A program made the position numbers and the translations under genes. Shown in pieces: positions 10,032 to 19,466 of a stretch of 64,000 nucleotides of DNA. Each line of letters starts with the position of its first letter. Position 1 is the first letter of the stretch. Under the pieces are notes generated by a model, which worked only from the letters and a program-made list of their open reading frames with translations, was not told the DNA's origin and made no database searches. The stretch comes from Candidatus Nanopelagicales bacterium (lineage in GTDB: Bacteria > Actinomycetota > Actinomycetes > S36-B12): assembly GCA_030728405.1 (NCBI GenBank), contig JANQZS010000093.1, positions 24,263 through 88,262 of the forward strand, written 5' to 3'.

Positions 10032-10976
10032 TCACTCCTGCCATGTCTCCTGGCTTGTCAGGAGGGAAGTTTCCAGCACGAGTGCTCTGCGCGAACTGTC
10101 CATCATGTTCCCGCCCATGACCTTCAGGTCTTCTCCAGATGGTTGGGCGAGAAAAACACTGGCGCCCGTTGCTCTGACCTGGGCGACCTCACGGTCACAC
10201 ACATTGGTGACCTGGTCTCGCCAACGACGGTCCAACCAGCCCACAAGTCCACTGGCACGACCACTATCTGCAGCCGCCATCGGTGCAATCACGTACACCT
10301 CGTCTAGCTCCGCGTGTGAAACGACATCAACCGAGGTTGCTGACACCGCCCCGCCGTCTATGTAGGAATGCTCACCGATTCGCACGGGAGCAAACCAGCC
10401 AGGAATTGCGCACGACGCCATCACTGCGCTGCGCAGTGGGACTTGAGGAGCCCCTGATCGGCCGAACACGGTGCGCCGACCTGAGGCGTAGTCCATTGCG
10501 ATGACCCAGACGCCATCGTGGGCAGCCCACTGCCCCATCGGAGTTACCGCATCCACCAAGTGGCCGACCCGCTCCAAGCTCCGCCCACCTTCGGGCAAAA
10601 ACGCAGACAGAACCGCAGTGGCATTTTTTTGACCTGGATGAATCACGCTCTCTCGCATCAATGCGGGTGATCCCGGTAACCAATTTCTGGGCATCGACGG
10701 ACGGTGGCCACCGGCAGCGCGATCCGCACTCCAGGAATATCCGGCCAACGGTCCGGACGTGACCACATCGTCGCGGTAATGCTGCATCAACTCCGCAACA
10801 CTCACGCCGTTGCCGAGGAGCGACACCAGTACCGAGCCCGCGGAGGTGCCTACCAGAAGGTCAGCGCTTCGAGCATCAAAGCCGCGGGCTTCTTCTAACG
10901 CTCGCAGAGCGCCGACCGCCCACGTGCCGCCGAGGACACCACCGCCGCCAATGACAATTGCCCGCCGGATGCTCAT
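10032..10976 (-). CDS. Patatin-like phospholipase
   Basis: Oxyanion loop GGGGVLGG, nucleophile elbow GTSAG, and catalytic Asp motif IDGG. The ATG overlaps the upstream stop (ATGA). Confidence 0.85.
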   Translation of the reverse strand: MSIRRAIVIGGGGVLGGTWAVGALRALEEARGFDARSADLLVGTSAGSVLVSLLGNGVSVAELMQHYRDDVVTSGPLAGYSWSADRAAGGHRPSMPRNWLPGSPALMRESVIHPGQKNATAVLSAFLPEGGRSLERVGHLVDAVTPMGQWAAHDGVWVIAMDYASGRRTVFGRSGAPQVPLRSAVMASCAIPGWFAPVRIGEHSYIDGGAVSATSVDVVSHAELDEVYVIAPMAAADSGRASGLVGWLDRRWRDQVTNVCDREVAQVRATGASVFLAQPSGEDLKVMGGNMMDSSRRALVLETSLLTSQETWQE

Positions 10977-12415
10977 GCAGACTCAAAGTCCTCCGTTGTC
11001 ACCGACCGTAGCGTCCGTCGACCAACCGTGGCCGCTTCCCGGAGTTCAGCAACAGCATCGTGAATCGAAGACATCAAAATATCTACATCTGGCATGGAGT
11101 CCCGATCAGCCGTCAACCCGATGCACACCACGCCGTGGTAGGACGTAATCCCAATACTCAGCGCCTGTCCTTGCAACAAAGGGATGCACGGGTAGGCCTC
11201 GACCATTTCAGAGCCGGCCACGTACAGCGACACCTGTGGCCCGGGAACGTTTGTGATGGAAAGGTCATAAGCCCGGCGCGCGAGAGATGCACCCACCCGA
11301 GAACCCAGTGCGTGCAGAGTTGGTGGACCGAAGCCGGCAATACTGACAATCGCATCAGCGCCGATGAAACGTTCCGACTGCTTGAGAGAATTCATGTGAA
11401 ATGAGATTTGGCGTAAGCGCATGACGGGATCTGGCTCGCCAGCCGGGAGATCAACAAGGAAGCCAGCTACCTGGTTGGCTCCAGCGCCGGCACTTTCCAC
11501 CGAGACAGGAACCAACGCGCGCAGTGATCGCCCTTGGGTGACAGCCTCGCCGCGCGCCATGAGCCAACCACGCAAACCACCCGTGATGACCGCCAGAACC
11601 GCATCGTTAACGCTGCCACCGGCTGCAGCACGAATTCCGCGGATCTCCTCAAATGGCACTGTCACAGTGGCAAACCGACGTTGTGCGCCGATTCGAGTGC
11701 TTAACGGACTCATCGACGGTGATCGAAGAATGCTCGACACCGCACCCGTCACAGTTTCCACCGCACCGACCACAAAACTTCCGACGGAGCCAGCTGCGTT
11801 AGTGACGTCGTGCCAAGTGTCTTTCGCAAGATCAACCGCAGCCGCCGGGCGAGCAACAGCTTCAGTAAGAGCCGCGGTGAGTAATTCAGCACCTGACGGT
11901 TCAGGTCGGGGCTGCCACACATCCGGTGGCCCGATCGTGGCATCGGGTGTGGTGTCGAGCATGACTTGAGCGATATCGACAGCAGCCAGACCGTCAACGA
12001 GGCATTGATGACTCTTCGTGATGACAGCAAAGCACCCATCTTCAAGGCCCTCAACGAGGTACATCTCCCACAGCGGTCGCGACCGATCGAGGGGTCTCGA
12101 CATCAAGCGGCCCACTAGTTCATCGAGTTGCTCTCTGTTTCCTGGTCTGGGCAAAGCGGATCTACGCACGTGAAAGGTGACATCGAAATCCTCGTCGTCA
12201 ACCCACACCGGCCGTGAGATGCCGAAAGGCACTTCACGAACTCGTTGGCGATAGCGCGGGACAAAGGCGATGCGTCGACGGATCAAAGCTACGAGGCGCT
12301 CATGGTCAAAACCTTCCGGTGGCGGCCGAAAAATGGCCACGCCACCGACGTTCATGGGAGTCGAGGAATCCTCGAGGTACAAGAACGATGCATCTACCGC
12401 CGAAAGTCGATCCAT
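10973..12415 (-). CDS. Wax ester synthase / diacylglycerol acyltransferase (WS/DGAT) family O-acyltransferase
   Basis: The N-terminus MDRLSAVDASFLYLEDSSTPMNVGG and the active-site region KSHQCLVDG (a variant of HHxxxDG) fit the family. Its position matches tgs3 (Rv3234c) synteny. The start was chosen at the internal ATG (12415) preceded by GAGGGGG. Confidence 0.8.
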   Translation of the reverse strand: MDRLSAVDASFLYLEDSSTPMNVGGVAIFRPPPEGFDHERLVALIRRRIAFVPRYRQRVREVPFGISRPVWVDDEDFDVTFHVRRSALPRPGNREQLDELVGRLMSRPLDRSRPLWEMYLVEGLEDGCFAVITKSHQCLVDGLAAVDIAQVMLDTTPDATIGPPDVWQPRPEPSGAELLTAALTEAVARPAAAVDLAKDTWHDVTNAAGSVGSFVVGAVETVTGAVSSILRSPSMSPLSTRIGAQRRFATVTVPFEEIRGIRAAAGGSVNDAVLAVITGGLRGWLMARGEAVTQGRSLRALVPVSVESAGAGANQVAGFLVDLPAGEPDPVMRLRQISFHMNSLKQSERFIGADAIVSIAGFGPPTLHALGSRVGASLARRAYDLSITNVPGPQVSLYVAGSEMVEAYPCIPLLQGQALSIGITSYHGVVCIGLTADRDSMPDVDILMSSIHDAVAELREAATVGRRTLRSVTTEDFESA

Positions 12416-12543
12416 CCCCGCCCCCTCTCTTGCTCTTGACCTTTGCGTGCACATCACACCACGGAGCGCCCTTGTGAGGGCGACACACCCTATAAATTGC
12501 CCAAGAATGCGAACTTATCGTTCTGAGCCCTAGTCTTGTATGT

Positions 12544-13287
12544 GTGAACTTCCCCCCTGTTGCACAATCTGCGCGAGGCCTCATCTCTCGGCATCGTCCG
12601 GCGTCGATTCTCCTTGCCAGCGCGATGGTGTTGGGCCTTGCAAGTGGGGCAATGCTGCCCACCGCTGGGGCAGAGGAGCCACCTACGCCCGCAGCCACCT
12701 CCACGTCAGTAGCTACCTCCACGCCTGCTGTGACTACCCCAACGCAAGAGCCTGCCGAAATTGTGGTTCCTTCAGTCGGCGATAAGCCGGTAGCGGCCGT
12801 CAAGTTAGCTGTGGCAAAGCCCAAGAAGCCAAAGCCAGCCACCCGCGAGCGCAAGGCCAAGAACGTGCCCTGGATGCCATTAGACGATGGCAAAGGGCGT
12901 CGGATTGTCTATGACAAAGCTCTGATGACTGTCTGGGCCATGAACAAGAAAAACGAGGTCGTCTATCGGTTCCCCATTGTCGGGCGATGGGATCGGCCCG
13001 TCATGGGCAAGTACCGGATCTTTTCCAAGTCCCCGTCAAGTGGCAACCCGAATTCTCGAGTGACATTTGACCACATGGTCAGATTCGCATTCGGCAACGA
13101 CGGGAAAACAGCAATCGGCTTCCACAGCATCCCGCGGTACTACGACGGAAAGCCTATGCATTCCACCGATCAGTTGGGTCTACCAGTTGCAACGGGTGGA
13201 TGTGTGCGCATGGCGCCGGAGGCAGCCGAACAACTCTACGAATGGTCCAAAGTGGGGGACAAAGTTGTTGTCCTCCCATCTCCATAA
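12544..13287 (+). CDS. Secreted L,D-transpeptidase (YkuD) domain protein
   Basis: A signal-like N-terminus is followed by an Ala/Pro/Thr-rich linker. The catalytic motif is GFHSIP...ATGGCVRM. Confidence 0.8.
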   Translation: MNFPPVAQSARGLISRHRPASILLASAMVLGLASGAMLPTAGAEEPPTPAATSTSVATSTPAVTTPTQEPAEIVVPSVGDKPVAAVKLAVAKPKKPKPATRERKAKNVPWMPLDDGKGRRIVYDKALMTVWAMNKKNEVVYRFPIVGRWDRPVMGKYRIFSKSPSSGNPNSRVTFDHMVRFAFGNDGKTAIGFHSIPRYYDGKPMHSTDQLGLPVATGGCVRMAPEAAEQLYEWSKVGDKVVVLPSP

Positions 13288-13514
13288 ACCTGTGGAAAAC
13301 TCCATACTTCTGAAAGTGTGACGCTAGCACTACAGGTGCTTGATTTCCTTGAGGAAATTTGGTGAATCTTCGGAACTATTCGTTCCTCCACAGGCCTTTT
13401 TCCATCAACAACATAAATTATCACTCTTTTTTTTGTGCTGTGCGCTAGTACGTTGCCGCACATCAGCACACAACAACACCTCGCTCCCAACTGAGGTGAT
13501 TCGCGAAGGGGAAC

Positions 13515-14075
13515 GTGATGTCAAGCACTCTCGATCCACAGCCCGATCACAGCGAAACGAAAGCGGCCCGCCCGAAGTTGCGAGTGTTACCCGGTGGTTC
13601 GAGCCGCACGCTGCGCACAGACCAGCTCTCCCTCGCATTGGAATGGAGCACGGCACCAGGCCTTGCGGCCAGACCACCAGCACCAGGTGATATCCGAGCC
13701 CTGCAACCATCAACCACCGCCACCGACCAGACGGAGCTGCCCCGCGCTTCGGATTGGGCGGCGCGCATGGCTCGAGCAATTTATGAAGTATCGATTGGCG
13801 AACGTCCTGCGGCCCAGTTATCACAATGGGTTGAGCGGGTTGTCCTAGAACGAATCAATCTCCGCGGCTCTGCAATGGCCCGTCATCCTGCGATGCGCGT
13901 ACACCAAGGAGTGTCTCGACTGCGCAAAGTGCGCTCAGTACGCGTGTGCACAGTCGCACCAGGAATCGTCGAAGCCTCAGCAGTCATCGTCGGCATGGAA
14001 CGTTCCCATGCGGTGGCACTGCGCATGGAAATCACTGATGGTCGTTGGTTGGTGACCGCAATCGAGATGCGTTAG
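13515..14075 (+). CDS. Rv3235-family protein of unknown function, conserved next to secA
   Basis: The C-terminal pattern is [46 protein letters not shown]. The gene is convergent with secA, as in mycobacteria. Confidence 0.6.
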   Translation: MMSSTLDPQPDHSETKAARPKLRVLPGGSSRTLRTDQLSLALEWSTAPGLAARPPAPGDIRALQPSTTATDQTELPRASDWAARMARAIYEVSIGERPAAQLSQWVERVVLERINLRGSAMARHPAMRVHQGVSRLRKVRSVRVCTVAPGIVEASAVIVGMERSHAVALRMEITDGRWLVTAIEMR

Positions 14076-16870
14076 CGCTTCTTCCGATTCGCTCGCTCGG
14101 CCCGACGACGCTCCGCCCGAGAGGCACCTTCCCCGACCTCGACAAATCCATCGCTGTCCAGATCCATTTCACCGTGCATGACTCCCCCGTCAGCATCGGG
14201 TGCCGAATACTCAACATGCGCTGGACGCGAGGGCGCAAGTCCCTTGGCTTCGATGCGAGGAGCAGGTGCTGCCTTGCTAGCCGCTACCGCTGCAGCGATG
14301 CCGGCGGTGGCGGTACTGCTCGTTGCATCGGCAAGACCCTCAACTGCCTCTGCTACCTCTTCAGAGACTGCCGCTGGTACCTGCACCTCAACGTGGAAGA
14401 GGTAACCCACGGATTCCTCTTTGATTCCATCCATCATTGCGGTGAACAGATCGAAACCTTCACGCTGATACTCGATGAGCGGATCCCGCTGAGCCATGGC
14501 CCGGAGACCAATGCCATCGCGCAAGTAATCCATTTCGTAGAGATGCTCACGCCATTTCCGGTCGAGTACGGAGAGGATTACCCGACGTTCAAGTTCGCGG
14601 GCGACCTCCTCACCAAGCTCTTCTTCTCTGCGGTCATAAGCATTCTGGGCATCATCAACCAATTCGGACACCAAGAAGTCCGAACTCAAACCGGCGCGAT
14701 CTCCACCCGAGGCCTGCTCAACTTCATCAATGGTCACGCCAACCGGGTAGAGCTGACCCAGAGCCGTCCACAACTTATCCAGGTTCCAGCCTTCGGGGTA
14801 GCCATCGCCTGTGGCAGCGCGCACATAACCCTCAACCGTGTCTGAGATAAACGTGCGAACCTGCTCCTCGATGTCTTCGCCCTCGAGCACCCGACGGCGT
14901 TCGGCGTAGATCACTAGGCGTTGCCGGTTGAGAACGTCGTCATACTTCAACACGTCCTTGCGAATTTCAAAGTTTTGGGCTTCGACCTGACCTTGCGCTG
15001 ACCGGATCGCGTTGGTGACCATTTTCGCTTCGATGGGCACATCGTCGGGAACGTTGAACCGACGGAGGAAAGCATCGACCATGTCGGCCTTGAACAAACG
15101 CATGAGATCGTCTTGTAGGGACAGGTAGAACTGTGACTCGCCGGGATCTCCCTGACGTCCCGAACGTCCGCGAAGCTGATTGTCGATACGACGAGATTCG
15201 TGGCGTTCGGTGGAGAGCACGTACAAACCGCCCAGACCCACCACTTCATCATGTTCGGCCTTGACCGCAGAGTTTGCTGTCGCGATTGCCTCTGGCCAAG
15301 CAGCCTCATAGGCCTCTGCATCTTCTACTGGTGAAAGCCCACGCTGCGTGAGCCCGGAAGTTGCCATGTATTCCGGATTACCGCCCAGCATGATGTCGGT
15401 GCCCCGACCTGCCATGTTGGTGGCAACAGTCACCGCACTCTTGCGACCGGCCTGCGCAACGATTGCCGCCTCGCGCTCGTGCTGCTTGGCGTTGAGCACC
15501 TCATGTGGAACACCATTTTTCTTCAGTAAACCAGAGATGTATTCAGACTTTTCGACACTCGTGGTGCCAATCAGAATCGGCTGACCCGTGGCGTAGCGTT
15601 CGGTGATGTCTTCGATGACTGCCCCGTACTTGGCGTCCTCGGTACGAAACACCAGGTCAGGCTGATCGATGCGCACCATGGGACGGTTCGTCGGAATCGG
15701 CACCACTCCGAGGCCATAGATTTGGTTGAACTCTGCTGCCTCTGTCATGGCCGTACCGGTCATGCCGCCGAGCTTTTCGTAAAGTCGGAAAAAGTTCTGC
15801 AGGGTGACCGTTGCCAAGGTCTGGTTCTCGGCTTTGATTTCCACGCCTTCTTTCGCCTCAATCGCCTGGTGCAAGCCTTCGTTGTAACGACGACCTTTAA
15901 GGATTCGACCCGTGTGTTCGTCGACGATGATGACCTCACCGTCCATCACCACATAGTCACGATCCTTCTTGAACAAATCCTTTGCGCGAATCGCATTGTT
16001 CAGGAATCCCACGAGCGGGGTATTCACTGTGTCATAGAGATTGTCGATGCCGAGCTGGTCTTCGACCTTGTCAATGGCGCTCTCAAGTACACCGATCGTG
16101 CGCTTCTTCTCATCAACCTCGTAGTCGGTATCTCGCGTGAGCATGCGCGCCAAGCGGGCGAACTCGCCATACCACGTATTGGCCTGATCGGCCGGGCCGC
16201 TAATGATGAGAGGGGTACGTGCCTCGTCGATCAGAATGGAGTCAACTTCGTCGACCACGGCAAAGTAGTGGCCTCGTTGAACCAACTCCTCTTGCGACCA
16301 CGCCATGTTGTCGCGTAGGTAATCGAAACCGAACTCGTTGTTCGTGCCATATGTGATGTCGCAGGCGTAGGCAGCGCGACGCTCGGTGGGCGTCATGCCA
16401 GAGAGAATGCAGCCCACGCTCATGCCGAGAAAGCGGTGGATGCGACCCATCCACTCGGAGTCACGCTCGGCGAGGTAATCGTTCACAGTGACAACGTGAA
16501 CGCCCTTACCGGAAATGGCATTGAGGTAAGCAGGGAGAGTCGCCACGAGGGTCTTGCCTTCACCGGTGCGCATCTCAGCGATATTGCCTAAGTGCAGAGC
16601 TGCCCCGCCCATGATCTGGACGTCGTAATGCCGTTGTCCCAAGGTGCGTCTGGCGGCTTCACGGACAGTAGCAAAAGCTTCGGGCATGAGATCGTCGAGA
16701 GACTCTCCCGCGGCATAGCGCTCACGGTATTCATCGGTGAGTTCGCGTAGTTCTGCGTCGGTGAGAGCGGTGAACTCATCCTCGATTGTGTTGACCGAAC
16801 GCGCCACGGCTTCGAGTTTGCGGAGCGTCTTGCCCTCACCCGCACGAAGGATCTTGTCGAAAACTCCCAC
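14072..16870 (-). CDS. secA: Preprotein translocase ATPase SecA
   Basis: 932 aa with MRTGEGKTL (Walker A), [19 protein letters not shown], and RGTDI. Confidence 0.97.
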   Translation of the reverse strand: MGVFDKILRAGEGKTLRKLEAVARSVNTIEDEFTALTDAELRELTDEYRERYAAGESLDDLMPEAFATVREAARRTLGQRHYDVQIMGGAALHLGNIAEMRTGEGKTLVATLPAYLNAISGKGVHVVTVNDYLAERDSEWMGRIHRFLGMSVGCILSGMTPTERRAAYACDITYGTNNEFGFDYLRDNMAWSQEELVQRGHYFAVVDEVDSILIDEARTPLIISGPADQANTWYGEFARLARMLTRDTDYEVDEKKRTIGVLESAIDKVEDQLGIDNLYDTVNTPLVGFLNNAIRAKDLFKKDRDYVVMDGEVIIVDEHTGRILKGRRYNEGLHQAIEAKEGVEIKAENQTLATVTLQNFFRLYEKLGGMTGTAMTEAAEFNQIYGLGVVPIPTNRPMVRIDQPDLVFRTEDAKYGAVIEDITERYATGQPILIGTTSVEKSEYISGLLKKNGVPHEVLNAKQHEREAAIVAQAGRKSAVTVATNMAGRGTDIMLGGNPEYMATSGLTQRGLSPVEDAEAYEAAWPEAIATANSAVKAEHDEVVGLGGLYVLSTERHESRRIDNQLRGRSGRQGDPGESQFYLSLQDDLMRLFKADMVDAFLRRFNVPDDVPIEAKMVTNAIRSAQGQVEAQNFEIRKDVLKYDDVLNRQRLVIYAERRRVLEGEDIEEQVRTFISDTVEGYVRAATGDGYPEGWNLDKLWTALGQLYPVGVTIDEVEQASGGDRAGLSSDFLVSELVDDAQNAYDRREEELGEEVARELERRVILSVLDRKWREHLYEMDYLRDGIGLRAMAQRDPLIEYQREGFDLFTAMMDGIKEESVGYLFHVEVQVPAAVSEEVAEAVEGLADATSSTATAGIAAAVAASKAAPAPRIEAKGLAPSRPAHVEYSAPDADGGVMHGEMDLDSDGFVEVGEGASRAERRRAERANRKKR

Positions 16871-17046
16871 AGTGACGTGCCTTTCAGATCGCTGGATGCT
16901 TGAGCGGCATGGTCGACGACGCTCGGCCGCCCTCTCGAGCGGCCATTGCCCCCATCGTAGACGCCTGCTCCACAGGCGCGGTCCCCCATCCGCAGTCGGT
17001 CATGCGCCTGAGCAAACACGCCCCTCCTAGGGCTTACTCAGGAAGT

Positions 17047-17712
17047 ATGAACCTGAACCAGCTCAAGACCGCGGTGACCGATCTATTCCTCGCCCGAAAC
17101 TGCTCGGGGTGCACGGCACCAGGCACTTTGCTGTGTCACGAGTGCGAAAGTGCCCTTAAACCCGCCCCTGCGGTGCACGAGTTCTTGATCCACTCGGGCT
17201 TGCATTGGTTACCTGCGGCCTACTCGGGGGCCTACCGGGGAGCGCTGAGGCGGGTCCTGTACACCTACAAAGACCACCACATCCCCGAGCTGGCCCTTCA
17301 TCTGAGCCCCTTGCTCGCCGCGGCCATTTCGGAGGTCCGCGAGCATGTCGGCACCGGACCGCTGCTTCGGGTGGTTGCCGTACCGAGCCGAAAGGCCGCC
17401 ATCCGACGCCGCGGGTTTGATCCAGTGCACCATCTGCTCCGATCAATGGACACACACCAACGTGGCGGTGTTCTCATGCCCTGCTTGCAGGATGTGCGCG
17501 GCAAGGGAGCCAGCAAACGCCTAGACCGAACCTCGCGGCTCCGCTCGTCTGCCTCGGCCTTCGCGGTGACCCGAGACATCGTTCCTGGCACCGAAGTCAT
17601 CGTCGTCGACGACATCATCACCACAGGAAGCACAATCAGTGAAGCGGCCAGAACTCTGGAGCAGGCTGGCTGCCGAGTGCGTGGCGTCGCCGCCATCGCG
17701 CACACTCTCTAA
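17047..17712 (+). CDS. comF: ComF-family phosphoribosyltransferase-domain protein
   Basis: The N-terminal zinc-ribbon-like motif is CSGC...CHEC. The PRTase motif is VIVVDDIITTGSTI. The start was chosen at MNLNQLK. Confidence 0.8.
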   Translation: MNLNQLKTAVTDLFLARNCSGCTAPGTLLCHECESALKPAPAVHEFLIHSGLHWLPAAYSGAYRGALRRVLYTYKDHHIPELALHLSPLLAAAISEVREHVGTGPLLRVVAVPSRKAAIRRRGFDPVHHLLRSMDTHQRGGVLMPCLQDVRGKGASKRLDRTSRLRSSASAFAVTRDIVPGTEVIVVDDIITTGSTISEAARTLEQAGCRVRGVAAIAHTL

Positions 17713-19466
17713 CCGGGGTAGGCCGGTGATGTGGCGTTGAGCACCTGCGACCATGCGCCGCTCGATCCTTCATACAAGATTCCATCAGCCGCGCTCGTCA
17801 GGGTGGGCAGGCCAGGTGCTGCAGCGATTGCGACCGGTGCCTCCGGGGCACCTTGAGCCAGCACCTGCCCGCGAGCGAGGTCTACCTCATACACCTGCAG
17901 CGAACCCGCACTTTCTGATCCCAACACCGCCAGGCTCTCAGCACTTGACCACGAAACATCTACTACCTCGGCCAGTTTGGCCTCGACGCGAATCGGGGCG
18001 TCCACAACGAGCCCGATCACATTTGTTTGCGAAGGCCTAATGATGCGTGCCATATAGAGCGTGGTTCGAGGACCACGCCGCACGACGATGGCTGCGCGTG
18101 TGCCATCACGCGATGGCACAAAAAGCTGCACCGTTGCGTTGCTGGCCAGACCTTGAACCGCCACGGCAATGGGCACCCCGGATCCGGGCAGCACCAACAG
18201 CCCTTGCTCTGGGTCAACTAACCACAGGGCACCACTCGGGTCGAATTGCAGTGCGGTCGCTCCAGGGAAACTGCCGACCTCACTGAGCGTGGCGGCAAAG
18301 CGGAGCGGGCCACGCCATAGCGCGCCTTCCGAATCAAATCCCGCGATCTCTTCCGATTGGCGGTCAATCGCGATGTCGACCAACACGCCTTCTTCGCCAT
18401 TGGTTGTGCCCAGTCCAGCCTCACCGGGCGCTGGGGCGATTCTTGATGGGTCAATTCGCACCACGGAACTCGAGGTGATCGCATAACCACTTGCTCCTGC
18501 GGGGAGCCCACTGGGATCCACTGCTGCCCAGGAATCTCGGGGCTGCGGGTTAAGCGCTCCGGGAACACTCAGCGGTTGCCCGCCAGCAGTTACCTCAACC
18601 GCTTGCACTTCTGGAAGTTGCCGAAGGGTCCACACCAACTGCTGGGAAAGCGCCTGTCTTGTTCGATCATCTGAAAGTTGTACGGACGCATCAAGTTGTA
18701 CTTGTGCAACACCAGATTCAATCAACACCGCATCAATTGCCAAGCCAGCGCCATCGGGGAAACCAGTGCGAACAGCCGGCTCGAGCCACTCGCTTGGTCC
18801 CTCAATGAGGCGTCGCACCAAGGTGCTGGCAAGGCCTGAGCCAATCACCGGAATCATTCGAGGATCAGGAACGAGCGTGGTGAAAGAAGCGTTAAAAAAG
18901 TAGAGCGAGTAACTCCGAAAGGCGCGATCGACATCGGCCAGGGAGAGCAGCAATCCCTCGGGCACGCGGGCGATGCGCCATTCACCGTTTACTCGATCAA
19001 GACCGAAGTTTGCGCGCAATTCACTACCGGGTGCAAGGACTGAATAGGTACCGATCTCACTGATTGCACCCGATTGTGGTGCGGCCATCGAGACACCGTT
19101 CTCGAACTCTGACAACGTTGGAATTCCTTCATACACTGCTACACCTCGAGCGGTGTTCCAGTCGTTGCTCGCGTCCGGCGTGAGGTACTGGCGGGCAACG
19201 GCATGGTCACCATCAAAAGATGCGCTCGCTTCCAAAAAACCCTGCACGATTTGACTGGGAGTCATGCCCTCGCGTGGCGGTCGGGCAATGACTCGAATGA
19301 ACTGGTCTTCACTGGTACCCGCGATTTGCGCACCCTGCTCAATCGGTCCAGAGGTGGGAACCTGCGCGGTGAGAGTCGACGACACACTTCCGCAACCACT
19401 CAGCACGAGCACCGATGCCACGAGTGCACACACCAGCGCACTACCCCGCAGGGAGGGACTACGCAT
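17709..19466 (-). CDS. lpqB: LpqB lipoprotein, the MtrAB-associated beta-propeller/GerMN protein
   Basis: The lipobox is VLSGCGS. The gene lies immediately downstream of mtrB. The start is set at MRSPSLRG (ATG 19466), 4 nt after the mtrB stop. Confidence 0.85.
   Translation of the reverse strand: MRSPSLRGSALVCALVASVLVLSGCGSVSSTLTAQVPTSGPIEQGAQIAGTSEDQFIRVIARPPREGMTPSQIVQGFLEASASFDGDHAVARQYLTPDASNDWNTARGVAVYEGIPTLSEFENGVSMAAPQSGAISEIGTYSVLAPGSELRANFGLDRVNGEWRIARVPEGLLLSLADVDRAFRSYSLYFFNASFTTLVPDPRMIPVIGSGLASTLVRRLIEGPSEWLEPAVRTGFPDGAGLAIDAVLIESGVAQVQLDASVQLSDDRTRQALSQQLVWTLRQLPEVQAVEVTAGGQPLSVPGALNPQPRDSWAAVDPSGLPAGASGYAITSSSVVRIDPSRIAPAPGEAGLGTTNGEEGVLVDIAIDRQSEEIAGFDSEGALWRGPLRFAATLSEVGSFPGATALQFDPSGALWLVDPEQGLLVLPGSGVPIAVAVQGLASNATVQLFVPSRDGTRAAIVVRRGPRTTLYMARIIRPSQTNVIGLVVDAPIRVEAKLAEVVDVSWSSAESLAVLGSESAGSLQVYEVDLARGQVLAQGAPEAPVAIAAAPGLPTLTSAADGILYEGSSGAWSQVLNATSPAYPG

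Noticed and set aside
13425-13475. A T9 run plus an adjacent hairpin, considered as an intrinsic terminator
   Set aside because: On the plus strand the T-run precedes the hairpin rather than following it. On the minus strand the hairpin is followed by an A-run. Neither strand therefore fits the canonical terminator geometry.
13236-13490. An 84-aa minus-strand ORF and a 116-aa plus-strand ORF (13340-13690) in the AT-rich spacer
   Set aside because: Both have Cys/Arg-rich or low-complexity translations and no RBS. They also overlap the ends of flanking genes. The region is treated as non-coding.
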